NCBI GenBank assembly: GCA_000002445.1
Contig: CM000207.1
Location: forward strand, 2,528,001-2,592,000
Reading direction: 5' to 3'
DNA length: 64,000 nt
Source of the DNA: Trypanosoma brucei
Taxonomy: Eukaryota
The notes below the pieces were generated by a model. The model saw only the letters and a list, made by a program, of their open reading frames with translations. It had not been told where the DNA came from and searched no databases. Positions 48,076 to 60,133 of this stretch are shown piece after piece. Position 1 is the first letter of the stretch, and every line of letters begins with the position of its first letter. Position numbers and translations under genes: made by a program.

Positions 48076-49062
48076 GTTTGGATGAAGACTAAATGAAAAG
48101 CGGAATAAAAGCACTTAACCCCATTGTAATGGTTGTATGTAGTGAGTAAGTGAGAGAGAATGGCTGGGAGTCACGATAAATAATATTGTGAAACAAATGG
48201 AAAAGGGGGAGCAGATTATAAGCAATCTCAAGCACAGAAGTGAGTAATGGCACTTACATTGCAGAATAAGGAGGTTGCATTCATTCACAGACATAATACA
48301 GCGACTGCAACATATGTATCTTTACTTATGAACATGGCGATAACAAAAGGAGATGTTTCTGTCTAAAGAAAAAGGGAAAAAAGCACGAAAAGAAAAAGAA
48401 ACTGCACATATGAACTCATGGAGGATCTTTGATAAGTAAAGGGAACCAATGGAAAAACGCTGAAAATTCGGTATTGGCATACTGGAGATACCCTAAGACC
48501 TTCTAAGGAACGAGCAGTCGATATGATAGCGGTTTATAAAATGCAGGCAACAACGCGTATTAACCAAGAAAGAGGTTACAAGGAGGTCAATTTTGGGAGC
48601 CCAGATGTACAACTCTTATGTGGAAGCTCCACAAACAGAAACACGAGGGTCGAAATCACAAACCAAAAGTTAATCACATATAGGATAAGTAGAAGATTAA
48701 CCTGGTCATTCCAGGCCAAACTGACACTTCCAAAATGTCAGATGACAGAGAGCAATGACGACAAAAGAGTTCAAAGTTTTATATATAAAAGATAATAACC
48801 TGTTATTGTCTGTGTGGAAACTGCATCTTAACTAAATGTTTTTTACGCCACTGTTTAGCAGATACGATGAATTAAAATTTTCCCTTTTCCCCACTACACA
48901 TTGCATTAATAAACAAGAAAAAACAGACACACATAACTGTAAATCGTGTGGCCGTTGTCTCTGCAGCGTCTGTTGCTAATATAAAAAGAAAACAACCAAA
49001 AATAGGTGGATAAGTTCAGCCAATAGTTCATGGTTCCAATATAAAAAATATCCACTCGAACC

Positions 49063-50793
49063 GTGGTGACGTCGGAGTACTGTGGCTATCAATATGTGAC
49101 TATGGAAGCTAAGATAAACTTTGTTGAAATTCAACACCGTTTCCTGCCGCTTCAGCTAATACTTAAACAACAAATGCTTCTTGTCCAAAATAATTTAGCT
49201 AAACAGCGAACCGACTGGTACAATGACAATGAAGGACGGGAAAGCCTAAGGACGCGATACACAATAGGGATGCTGTGTGCTTCGGCATTACTTTACAGCA
49301 GACACGTGGAAGCAGCTGCAGGAGATGCGGTGAAGCACGACAACGTGAAGGCGATATGCGACGTAGCTGCCGATGGGCAGAAACTAATGGCGACGCTGCT
49401 GAAAAACATGCAAGACCTCGGGAGAGAAGCCAGAATTGCGCAGCTGCGGTCACTGCGGCTGCAGGTGTACGACGCTGCAACGAATCAAGGGCAAACGCCA
49501 AAGCACACCACGGCGGTATGGTCCATGCTAACTGAACAGATCGAACGAGCGAGCACCATAGTAGCTGGAACAGCAGCTGCAACGGCAATTAAAGGAGCAA
49601 GGGATGTCGGCCGACTCCAAGGAGCGATCACAGAGTTCCTGGAGACCCAAGCTGACGCATCCGCCGCTACCAAAGGATGCTTACAGGCGTCGAATGGTGG
49701 AACAAACATCATCAACGATAAAACACAGCTGTACTCAACGTACGCAAACTGTAAACTCGACTTGGCGGAACCGACGGCAGGAGCCACAGCTCTGACGGTG
49801 ATCACTAAAACAGGGATACAAGGCAAACTCAGAAACGGCCTTAGCCACGGCGCCACAACAGACTCTAGCGCGAATACGGACTGCGACGCTGGAATGGGAA
49901 CAGGAACGTACAAACTCACCTATGGCACCACAGGGCACAGCGTAACGGGTCATGTTCCAAAGCTAGCAGGTGGCCTATTGACAGTAGACACCAACGGGTT
50001 CACGGTGCCGGAGCTCGCCACAAAAGTAGCCGCATCAACTGCGACCGAGTATCTAGGGGCAGCGGTGACAGCGGCAGAGAACCTAACTCCGTTCATCGAA
50101 AGCGCAGACATAAACACAATAGGAACTCTGAAATACGCGGCCATATTCAAAGACAGCGCACGCCACTATTTCCTAAACAAAAGCAAGACAGAAGCACAAG
50201 AGGACAACAGTCTGCCCAGCCTAATAGAAGCAGCCTTCGACGATGACGCTGGGGTTAAGAAAGACATGTACGAAACCGCCAGTAACTACCCAATCCCTGA
50301 GGAACTGAGACCTAGTGTTGCAGAAGACTAACTCGGGAAGATAAACGATGCCCACAACCTTATGCGGCTGTACTTTCACTTCAAGAACAGCAACACTAAA
50401 ACTCTGCTGGACAAGATTAAAAAACTGCAGGATGCAGAAAATTTAAAAAAAGAAACCCCAAATCAGAATAAAACAAGAAATAATGTAATACCAAGGGGAA
50501 GGACAAAAAAGAAGATTGTGAAAAACTAGCTGAAGAAGGATGCGTTTTTAACCCAAAATGCGAAAAGGAAAAAAGTGCACATTGAGTGAAGAATGCAAAC
50601 AGAAAGTACAAAAAGAGGAGCCTCAGCTGCTACAACAGAGAAATGCAAAGGAAAATTGAAAACCGACTGCACCAAGGCCCCTGGTCGCAAAAAGGGAAGG
50701 AAAATATGAAAAAAACTCCGTTTCGTCAATAAGAAATTGGCTCTAATGGTTTCTTTTTCTCTAGTTTTTTATTTTAAGGATTATAAAATTTAA
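49063..50793 (+). pseudogene. VSG pseudogene. ORF 49063..50331 has a plausible true start near 49270 (MLCASALLYSRHVEAAAGDAVKHDNVKAICDV). The C-terminal domain carries frameshifts and stops, and the GPI-signal region is degenerate (FVNKKLALMVSFSLVFYF).
   Basis: The N-domain is VSG-like, and there is a degraded C-domain (EKCKGKLKTDCTKAP). The 16-mer lies downstream. Confidence 0.7.
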
Positions 50794-50837
50794 AAGGTTT
50801 TTTCTCCATTTATAAAATTATAGAATTTACTAAAATT

Positions 50838-50853
50838 TTATATATTTTAACAC
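50838..50853 (+). promoter_or_regulatory. VSG 3'UTR 16-mer variant (ttttatatattttaacac)
   Basis: Motif match. Confidence 0.7.
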
Positions 50854-51016
50854 TATTATAAGACTTTTGAGAAATCTGTAATTTTTGAAAAATATAAAAA
50901 CATGAAAAATTTTGTATGAAAGCGGGATAATGGTGTAAAATATTATATGGATTTTTATTAAAAAACTAGTGGTATTATGAAAATTCTAGATTTTGTTTAT
51001 TTAATTTGATATAATA

Positions 51017-51098
51017 GTAATTTCAATAATAATAATAAAAATGAAATGAGAGTGTTATGAGTGTGCATATACTAATATTAAAATAAGAGTAGTGTACC
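51017..51098 (+). repeat. 70-bp repeat (one unit)
   Basis: aataataataataaaaatgaaatgagagtgttatgagtgtgcatatactaatattaaaataagag. Confidence 0.8.
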
Positions 51099-52726
51099 TT
51101 TATCACAGTAAATGCAAAAGAGTAGAAATTAAACGAACTGCAACTGAGGAGTGAGTGCGTGGAAGTAAGTGGGAGAGAACTAGAAATATTGTTAAAGGAA
51201 AAGTATAGAGGGGGCGAAATATGTACATGCTCAAAAAAAACATAACTATGGGTGCCATCATACACAAGGAGGTGATAAATGGGAAAGTGTAGAAAAGTAA
51301 AGAGTCAAGTGGACAGGCCAAAGGTGTTACCGAAGAAAATACAAAGGAGGAGTGAAAGTTGGAACTGGCTAAAACCACCATCGCCAAAATGTTTTTAAAA
51401 ACTATTTGAATAATACATTTTTTTCGCTCAAAGCACTGTTATGAATAAAAAGCAATCTAATATAGAGAATGCAGCCGACTACAGCTGTAGGAGCGATCTA
51501 AAAGTACTTCACTCATAAAAAGTAAAAAATTGGATATTCAGCAATAAGGAAAGCGGCTGATGAGTGAGGAAACTTTCTAAAGCGATAATAGTAGCATCAA
51601 ATTTAGAGAGAGTAGCAGAAACCGGAAGCACGCATCGGAATCAAAAAAGACAGAACTGAAACTGTTATTACATCACAAGATAGTGTAGGACTAGACAGCA
51701 TTAGCAGCCCCTATACCCATATAAATTGTAAAACTTATTAAGAGAAGACAATGTTTTCGATGCTTTTTGGATATAAGCATGTAAATATTTTTTAAAACCT
51801 CAAAGGGTAAATTTAAAAGATTATGTACGAATTTACTAACAGCAGTATAATTGAATCTAAATTAAAAAACATATACAAACAAATAGCTGACACTTTGCAT
51901 AAACATTTACTCAAATTAAAGCTTTCTGTATTGTCATGTTTAAGAGAGAACAATGGTAGTGAAGGGAATGGAACTGAGAGAAGCGTCTAGGATGTGCTTG
52001 AAATCCACTGGGCGCAGTAAAAGAGTTACCGAAACTTATTATTTAACATAAAACTGCCGATATTTTTAGTTGAAAGAGCAGCAAGGCAAGCATCTATGTT
52101 CGCCCTGAATTTGTAGGAGAGTTCAAAAAGGGATATAGCATGAGAAGTCAAAAGAAGACAAAGAAAAACTTCCGATCATGCCAGCAAACAACCTAAATAT
52201 TATCCAACTCAAAACAAATGAGCCAGAGCAGCTCGTAACCAAACCAATGCTAGGAGACACAATTACAAAGCTCGTTCATTGAGGCCAGAAAAAGCATTAC
52301 AGTGGAAACCCCGGAGTAAGCATGGGATATTCTGACATGGTCAAACAATTCGAAGCGCACAAACTACTACAACCTGCAGCGTCATCCTTAACGATCCAAT
52401 TGGCTTCGTGGAAATGTCATGCAAGCAGATTTCCTGGTAGGACCGGACGTAAGCAGCGTGTAAAACAATGTCATATTTAGCATAACCAGGTATAACATCC
52501 GATGCAGTCTATTATAAGCAGTTTTTAAAAAAAATGTTTGTAGTGGAAAGTCTATAAAATCCCCGAAAAAAATGCACAATTATGTATAACACCAGAGCGC
52601 AGGCCACCATCGAACGCCCACTGTCAACAGCTGTATAGACAGCTGTTCCGCAAGCCAACCCCAACAGAAAACCCGTACAGTGACGCCACATGAAACTTAT
52701 TGTATACGAACTAGCAAAAAATAGGA

Positions 52727-54150
52727 ATGAAGATCGTACATGTATGCATACATCTTCTACTCGCAACAGCCATAAGCGCTCAAGGATCAATCCATGACGC
52801 AACAGACACCCCTAAAACAGCCTGCCAAGCGAAGGCACAGCTCAAAGCCATGGCTACAAAGTTGGAAGGAGCAGTCAAGACACAAGCTGACCAGATCGCT
52901 GCGGCTTTGCCAAAGTTTTTGCAGCTCTATGCAGCAGCCAGCACCGAAGTACTAACTGGAACCCAGAAACTCATGCTACTGCTGCCAGCCGCCGCAGCAA
53001 ATTTACAAGCAGCTTCAAACAATCTACAGCAATCCCAGACGACGATTCTAGAAGCATCTAGAGCCCTAACAGAACTGGCAGGAGTGCAACAAATGGTAGC
53101 CGAGGCAGGCGCAAGGGAAATAAACGGAAAAAACGCGGCCGTGGCAGCAACTTGGATAGGCGCCGCCGGTATGCAAATAAAGCTGAAAGATCTCAGCGGA
53201 AAACATCCGGAGTGCACTGAGCCATCTCCAAGCACATCAGGTCCCAAGCAGCCGAAAACACTAGTACACAGCACCTATCCAATAACGGTTATACACCTAG
53301 CAGCGGCAGACGACATACAGGCAGGCCAAAACGGTAACGGGCCACGAATCTGCGGACACTCAAGCACAACCCCGGCTCTACAGTGTCAGCTTGACGCACA
53401 AACCAACACAGGCAACCTTCTGCTAACGCCAGGCAAGCTGACAAAGCCATTACAAGCAAACTACCAGCCAGCATCACCGTCAGAAAAGGCGTACAAAGCA
53501 GCGCCAGCAAGAGCAGCCGGCCTGATGCCTCCGCAAAAAACAGTAGAGGAATTGCTAGCCACCCTGCACACAGCAGAAGCTGCAGCAGCGACGCTAACAT
53601 TTAAAGCAAGCGATATTGACCCAGCGCAACTCATTAACGACGCGGAGACGGATCAAGCCCTACTTCAAATACTAAAACCCGGCGAAAAACGGAGCAAAAT
53701 AGGAGACTACACATAGCAAATAAACGAACTCAAAAAAAACTATACGCAACCGACCAAAGTGACAACGCTGAAAAACTCAATAAGGCTTTAGAGTTGACAA
53801 AGACGACGGCGGAAAGCAGTAGCGAGCACAAAACTGAGGCCTTAAATGCTGTAACAGACTTCACTCAACTGGCCGCCTCAACAACACACAATATGTTGGC
53901 CGCAACGAAAAAAAACGCAGCAAGCGAAAAAAGTACACCAAAGAAGAACGAGTATAGCTGCGATGAAAAAGAAAAGGACAAATGCGAAGGCGATTGTCAA
54001 TGGGATAAAAAAGAGGGAAAGTGCAAACCCAAAAGTGGAGAAGAGGAAGTGAAAGCAGGGGATGATGGAAAAACAAACACAAACACCACAGAAAGCAATT
54101 CGTTTCTTATTACCAAGGACCATCTATTGCTTGCATTTTTGCTTTTCTAA
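52727..54150 (+). pseudogene. VSG pseudogene. The ORF is 329 aa up to the TAG at 53716, and the C-terminal domain plus GPI signal (CEGDCQWDKKEGKCKPK...SFLITKDHLLLAFLLF*) lie in another frame.
   Basis: The signal peptide is VCIHLLLATAISAQG. The C-domain ORF is 53794..54150. Confidence 0.75.
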
Positions 54151-54193
54151 ACAAATTTTCCCCCTCAACTTTCTTAAAGAATTATTGCTACTG

Positions 54194-54209
54194 TGATATA
54201 TTTTAACAC
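54194..54209 (+). promoter_or_regulatory. VSG 3'UTR canonical 16-mer (tgatatattttaacac)
   Basis: Exact match. Confidence 0.85.
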
Positions 54210-54520
54210 CTAAAATCGACCGAGAAATTGTTATTGTTGGCTTCCTGCGCGTGTAAATTTTTTTGTTTCTAAATATTTTTCTCTTTTTTTCTGTTTTTTG
54301 TCTAGCAAAAAAAAGGTAAGAAGGAGGTTATGGAGGGTTTTCCTTGCTCAGAATCAGTCTTAGGGGTATGGTTATTTGGGCTAGGGTTAATTTTCCTCTA
54401 ACTGTTTTTTTTATTTTTTTATTTTTTTATTTAATTGTTTTTTGTTTTTTCTTTTTTTCACTTTTTTTTACAATACGTTGCTAATTTTTTAATTTTTTAA
54501 AAGTGATGCGTACGTCGTTT
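54210..54520 (+). repeat. T-rich block with degenerate telomeric hexamers (cttaggggtatggttatttgggctagggttaattttcctct), homologous to 42850-43440
   Basis: It shares the motifs ttttttatttttttatttttttatttaatt and agggttaattttcctct with the other block. Confidence 0.7.
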
Positions 54521-55054
54521 ATCTCCATTTATATGAAATCAATTGAAAATAGCGTTATTTGTTATTTTCTAACAAGTCAATATTTTGTTTTTTGCATTTG
54601 TTTCAGGAAGATTCAAAAAACCTAACATTGTAAAATGTACCATAAAAAACGAAAGTGAAATAAAACGCATTATGCTTCTGAGTTTGATCTTATTACAAAT
54701 TTTGGGTATTCATTGTACATTTTTTAATTACATCACAAACTTGTTGAAAAATAAAATTTAAGCTGCCATATCTATCGGTTACTAAACGTTTCTGTGGTTT
54801 TCAAACACCTTCGTCACAACTTGCATATATGGCTTCCATAAAACTGTGATGATTTAAGTCTACTGAGAAACTGTATAGAAGAATCACCGGTAAATCTATG
54901 ATCTAAGCAGCGCTCAGTAGCTGTTCGTAACATTAAAGATAACAATTAATCTGTTTCCGATTGTACACAAAAAGGTCAAGAACAGGCAAAACATGGTATC
55001 AGCGGCTGTAGTAGCTTTTTTTAACGCTTCCGACAGCCAGATCAGTGAACACTA

Positions 55055-56431
55055 ATGCTCGGGCCTTTTCAGTTTTTTTTCGAAACCTACAGGATTACTT
55101 TGAAACAAGTAACAAAAGAGGTGTTCAGCGATCTACCGCAAAAGCCTTTAACAGAAGAACTAAACGACTTGCAAATGGTAACTTTACAGGGCAAAAATTT
55201 CACAAACGCAACGCACGGCGAGTTCTCAACACCAATTGCCTGGGCCAAGAAAAAAAGCGAACTCTTAAGAGCAAAACCTGGCACACCCACACACAAACAG
55301 CTAAAACGTTACAGCGAAACGAAGCTAACAGCGGTCATAAACGACAGGATTATGCCCCTACAACAAGAAGCCAAAACAGTATCAGACAAATATGACAAGG
55401 CCAACAGCGACGTAAACCAAGCAGTGATCGATGCCAACACGTTCCTGAAAGCAGCCCGCAACGGCGCAAACGATACAGCAGACGACGCACAAGCCGCATT
55501 CGACACGAGGGACAAAGCATGCGCAACGGCAGACGGCAGCTCAGCGGGCAAATCGATAGTGTCGGACGTAGCATGCCCCTGCAGCGGAACCGGTGCATCA
55601 AACCTATGCTACAACGGCAACAGCAATACAGACTACGCCAGCGGTGCTACGGCAGCAGAGGCGCTAACAGCATGGTGTGCAGTAAAAGCGACATGCAAAG
55701 CGCAGGGGCAACAGCAGGTCCCAACGGGCGCCCAAATCACCGCAACTATTTCGGCACTCGAAAGACACCTTGGAGCGGACGCCACGGGCGTCGATGCCAC
55801 GACAATACTCGGAGGCGGGACTTCAGCTAACTGCAACGGTGGAACGGGCGTGGCAAACGCGTGCGTCGACTACAAGAAACGGATGTCAGGGCACGGCATA
55901 GCTGGGATCCCATGGGTTCAGAATTTGCTGCAAGCAGCGCAAGCCTTACAAAGAGGCAGACAAGCGACTGCAGAGTTGAAAGAAAGTGCAGCCGCTATGA
56001 AATCGATCACAGCAAGTGCATGGAGACTACACGATATGCTAGCAGCCAACGAGATGATAAACACTGAAGCCAAGCAAGGAGAACAAAAAGTAAGTGATAA
56101 AAAAGTAGACGAGTGCATTTCAGCAGGAGACGACACCGCTAAATGCAATTCGGCCAAAGGAAAGGGATGTACTTTTAACGAAAAAGGAGAAGAGGGAGAA
56201 AAGTGTGAGTTGAAAAAGGAAGTAATAGAATCTCTAAAAGAAGAAAACCAAGAAGGCAAAGATGGGAAGAAAGAGGAGAAATGTGCAGGGAAGGAGCAAG
56301 GAGACTGCGAGAAAGCTACTTGCTGCAAATGTAAAAATAATGCTTGTAAAAATTCCAGTATTCTTGTAAATAATAAATTTACATTGAGTGATGCTGCCTA
56401 TATGGGTTTGGTGGCATTTTTAGAATTCTAA
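55055..56431 (+). CDS. VSG (458-aa ORF) with a canonical GPI-signal C-terminus (SILVNNKFTLSDAAYMGLVAFLEF*). The N-terminus lacks a recognisable signal peptide, so it is probably 5'-degenerate.
   Basis: The C-domain (CKCKNNACKNSS) and N-domain body (ACPCSGTGASNLCYNGN) are VSG-like. The ORF begins MLGPFQFFFETYRITLKQV, which is not hydrophobic. A short hydrophobic ORF (MVSAAVVAFFNAS) lies out of frame just upstream, at about 54993. No 70-bp repeat lies upstream. Confidence 0.6.
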   Translation: MLGPFQFFFETYRITLKQVTKEVFSDLPQKPLTEELNDLQMVTLQGKNFTNATHGEFSTPIAWAKKKSELLRAKPGTPTHKQLKRYSETKLTAVINDRIMPLQQEAKTVSDKYDKANSDVNQAVIDANTFLKAARNGANDTADDAQAAFDTRDKACATADGSSAGKSIVSDVACPCSGTGASNLCYNGNSNTDYASGATAAEALTAWCAVKATCKAQGQQQVPTGAQITATISALERHLGADATGVDATTILGGGTSANCNGGTGVANACVDYKKRMSGHGIAGIPWVQNLLQAAQALQRGRQATAELKESAAAMKSITASAWRLHDMLAANEMINTEAKQGEQKVSDKKVDECISAGDDTAKCNSAKGKGCTFNEKGEEGEKCELKKEVIESLKEENQEGKDGKKEEKCAGKEQGDCEKATCCKCKNNACKNSSILVNNKFTLSDAAYMGLVAFLEF

Positions 56432-56514
56432 AGAGTGTTGCACAGTCTTATAAAATTTATGAGCATTTACTATTTTTAGAAAAATTTCAAAAATTGCTAA
56501 ATCTTGCTATAATT

Positions 56515-56530
56515 TGATATATTTTAACTC
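56515..56530 (+). promoter_or_regulatory. VSG 3'UTR 16-mer variant (tgatatattttaactc)
   Basis: Motif match. Confidence 0.7.
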
Positions 56531-56709
56531 TTTTTGATGAGAATATGCAATTCAGTGAAATTTCGAGAATTTTAAAATGTATATATATATTAGGAAAATT
56601 TGTACGAAAGGAGCACATAGGGGTAACGTAATATAGTGATAGGGTACGAAATTTTTACTATTTTAAAATTATCTGTATTTTTTATTTTTTATGAATTTTA
56701 GGGGTTATA

Positions 56710-56805
56710 GTCGTGATAATAATAACAAAACAAAAACAATCATAGTAATATGGTAATTTTAATAATTATTATGGAATTGTGTTTTGGGTGTGTATCACTA
56801 TTGTG
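56710..56805 (+). repeat. Degenerate 70-bp repeat
   Basis: gtgataataataacaaaacaaaaacaatcatagtaatatggtaattttaataattattatggaattgtgttttgggtgtgtatcactattgtggag. Confidence 0.5.
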
Positions 56806-57650
56806 GAGACAGTGATTGAGAAGCAGGAGTAGCAGGTACTATGTGGGTAAAAGAAGCGGTTAAATTTTATTTGAACACTACTAGACGTATACAAAAAGTT
56901 GCAGATATTAACTCTGGATTAGCAGGAGCAGAAAAATTATCCACAGCTGAACGGAAGAGTAAACACTGATAAATTTATGAAGGTAATTAAGCTGCTTGAT
57001 TGTATCCGCCATACCTCAGTGGCTTTCGAGAAGAAGCCTAGTAGTGGCGCAGATTTAGCGACAAGCTTTTAATTGTAACCAAACATATGTAAGGAAAACA
57101 ACTCAACAATTAACTGAGCTGATTCTCAGAGACATGATTCTTTACCACTCATAGTTGCCAAATGCTGATGCATTCGCCATGACCAAAGGGGGAAAAAAGC
57201 TCGACATGCTTATGGCGATAAAGATGTAATGAAGCCACATTCAATAGGGAGGTATAGAATGACCAGCCTATTGTGGTGATTGATTTTTGAACTAATGGAT
57301 AAAATTTATAGTCACACTCCCAAAAAGGTTAGTTGAAGTAATCTACTTACTAATCATAGAAGGATGTATGTTAAGTATTCTAGTTACTAAAGGCTTTAAA
57401 ATAAATAACCCAACGGCACCAAAGAAAACAGTGGACTATCAGCAGGAAATAAACCACTCAACAAACACCAACGACTCAGGGTGACCAGTGTGCACTACCA
57501 CAGGACAGGCATTCGCATGACTAATATTGCTGCTGCGAAATTTGCAAAGAAGCGACACAATAGTGGCAACTAAGTCACGCAGTTTAACTTTCAAAAATAC
57601 ACCCCCTGACATGACCATAAGCAATAGAACAAGGCAAGAAAGAACCATAC

Positions 57651-59030
57651 ATGCTTAATAAAGGTCGCTACCTCCTTATCTATCTTTTGGCCGCTGTGTC
57701 GTTGGCCAACTCCGCAAACGCAGCAGCAGGAGACGCCATAAAGAAGCAATACTGGACGAGCTTCTGCGATGTCGCAGTTGAAGCTGAGACAATACCGTCT
57801 CAAGCGATAACCAGCCTAGAGGCGGCGGCAACGGAGGGCCTAAACAAGTTCAAATTCCTACTAAAGGCGCAAATATACGCCGAAGGAAACTTGACAAGGC
57901 CGACGGCTCCCGAAGAAAGAATGCTATGGACGTTTGGCGCGCATGAAACAGAAAAGGCGTTCAATTACTATACCAGCGCTGCTCCAGGCCAGATAATAAC
58001 GGCGGTTAGGGATGCAGGACGACTGCAAGGAGCAATAGGTGAATGGATAAACCTGATGGCAGAAGGTTCAGACGGCACAGACGGATGTCTCAGCAACAAC
58101 GACGGTGGTGGCAACCCAATAAGCGGGAGAAACGCGCTGACTGGAGACATGTAAAAATGTAAACTGAAATGGGAACCGGTACACAAAGGACAGGTACAAG
58201 GTACTTTGCTTGGACCAACAGGCCTTACGGGTAGTTTCTCAACGGGCGTAGCCCACGGAAGCTTAGTCAACGGAAACAAAAAATGCGGCATAAATTCGCC
58301 AAACACAGGCTTCCTGTTAAACGACGCGGATACAAGCGGCAGCGGCAACGGCGCAAATGTAGCGGGCCACACTCCAAAGATGGCTGCTGGACTACTAACC
58401 ATAGACAACACAGGCCTAATAATCGAGGTGTTAGCTGACACAGAAACTAAGCAGGCAACACACCCTTACCTGCATTACGCAGTAAAAGCCAAAACGAACG
58501 TTCAGCAGATGTTCAACTCCGATATGCCGCAAACTTTAGAGACAGCAAAGACATCTGAGCAACTAAAGCGGGCAGCAAGAAGGCAACTACTAGGCAAAAA
58601 AGACAGTGAAACTTCCGAAGACAACCAGATACCCGACAAAATCAAAAGTGTATTCACGACCAACGACAAATACCTAGCGATCCTACACAAAAACATAGAC
58701 GCCATGCCTACACCCAAAGAGCTGACAGATGATAAGCAGGAAACCACCCTAGGCGAAATCAACGACGTGGACCTCCTAATTCGTCTGTATTTTTACTATG
58801 TGGATGCCAACAAGAGAAAACTGCAAAACACATTAGACGAGCTACGAAATGTAAATAAAAAGCAAGAACCAAAATCAGCAGAAGACAAGGAAAAAGAGTG
58901 CAATACCAAAGGCAATGATAAGCAAGAAGAGTGTGAAAAACTAGAGAGTCAAGGGTGTATTTTTAACAAGGAGGGCAAGAAGTGGAAAAAGTGCACATTG
59001 AGCGAGGAAGGCAAAAAAGGAAGGAGCTAA
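57651..59030 (+). pseudogene. VSG pseudogene with an internal frameshift near 58155-58205. The C-terminus is truncated, with no GPI signal, by the ingi C 3' end.
   Basis: The signal peptide is LLIYLLAAVSLANSANA. VSG-like ORFs 57651..58154 and 58206..59030 end ...CIFNKEGKKWKKCTLSEEGKKGRS*. The ingi 3' terminus begins at about 59062. Confidence 0.7.
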
Positions 59031-59061
59031 ACAACAATCAGAAAAAGAAGGAGGGAAAGAT

Positions 59062-60133
59062 GAGAATTTTAATTTTAATTTTCTTCGTGCCTTCGTGGGA
59101 GTTTCCCCCCACTGGCGCGGCCATCAGCCATCACCGTAGAGCCCTGAGATGCTATCGGTCTGGCGACTGTGGCAGAGTCTCCCTTTTTTTATTCATCCTA
59201 ATACACCCTCTATAATTTTTGTTGTAGCTCCGCAGTTGAACGGAATACAGCAGATGGGGCGAAAAGCCTCCCACTCCGGACTCTCCAAAAGATGTCAATT
59301 AGCAATCCTTTTGTTTTGATTTTTGTTATTCGTTTATTATTCTCTCCCCCTCTTTCTGTTCCTGTTGCTTGTTGACTGCATACCCCCTCTGTCTCTGAGG
59401 GTGTATGGACTATTCCTGCGTCCGGTGCTTTTCCTGCTAGCTCCACACTCGGCAATAAGGGGGGAAGTTGCAGAAAGGAAAGTGGGTTGTATAACTGTTA
59501 CCTTAGGTGAGGACTTCACCTGCAGCCGGCTCCGTTCAACCGCAATGAGAAACTGCGCCAGCCTTTTAGAGAAACATACATCCTGCACACACACACACAC
59601 ACACACCTTCCACCGCAAACCTGACACGTAACTCCTTCAAACTGGGACAGCTCATCAAGTGCAGCGACGTTTCTTCGAAGTCGCCGCGTTGGATGGTAAC
59701 AGCGCGCTCTACCTTCATACCGTGCATCTTCTTTTGATGTAGGGTGAGGCCAGTTTTGCTAGCACACTGCCTTCCGCATGTCGGGCACACCAACATGGAT
59801 GTGTTTGTATGCGGGGAATCAGTGGCACACAATTTTGTGCTTTTGCTGCATTTAAGCTCGACTCCCTCACCTTTGTGGAAAGCCTTACAGTGTCGGATGA
59901 GGGAGTCCCTGCAACTGAGCACTTTTTGACACACACCACACTGCACCTCGCCTTTCCCCGGGACGTCAACATTTCCCCCACGGGCACGCTTACGAGGGAA
60001 TTGCAACACCACTACGGTACCGTCCTCCGTCACTATGCTCTTATGTTTGAATTTCTTGTGTAGTGACAGGGAAGAACGTGTACCGAAGCTCGCCTCGCAC
60101 AGGTCACATTGAAACGGCAGCTTCCGTGTATCC
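59062..60133 (-). mobile_element. ingi 3' fragment, about 1.07 kb, covering the C-terminal zinc-finger region and the 3' end with its A-rich tail
   Basis: It is homologous to 11385-12432 of copy A. ORF 59566..60189 (-) encodes ...DTRKLPFQCDLCEASFGTRSSLSLHKKFKHKS... The 3' end has ttcgtgccttcgtgggagtttcccccc, preceded by ttttaattttaatttt. Confidence 0.85.
59588..59606. repeat. (CA)9 microsatellite inside ingi C. It is expanded relative to copies A and B.
   Basis: This copy reads cacacacacacacacacac, where copy A reads cacacacactcacc at 11888. Confidence 0.9.

Noticed and set aside
55045-55395. A 116-aa Arg/Lys-rich ORF overlapping the 5' end of the 55055 VSG in another frame
   Set aside because: It is an alternative-frame translation of VSG coding DNA. 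The VSG frame accounts for the region.
1460-56805. Regularly spaced near-identical repeats that might be read as a CRISPR-like array
   Set aside because: The sequence is eukaryotic, from a kinetoplastid. The repeats are the 70-bp VSG-associated repeats, about 70 bp long and TAA/TGA-rich. They sit kilobases apart with genes between them and are not repeat-spacer units.
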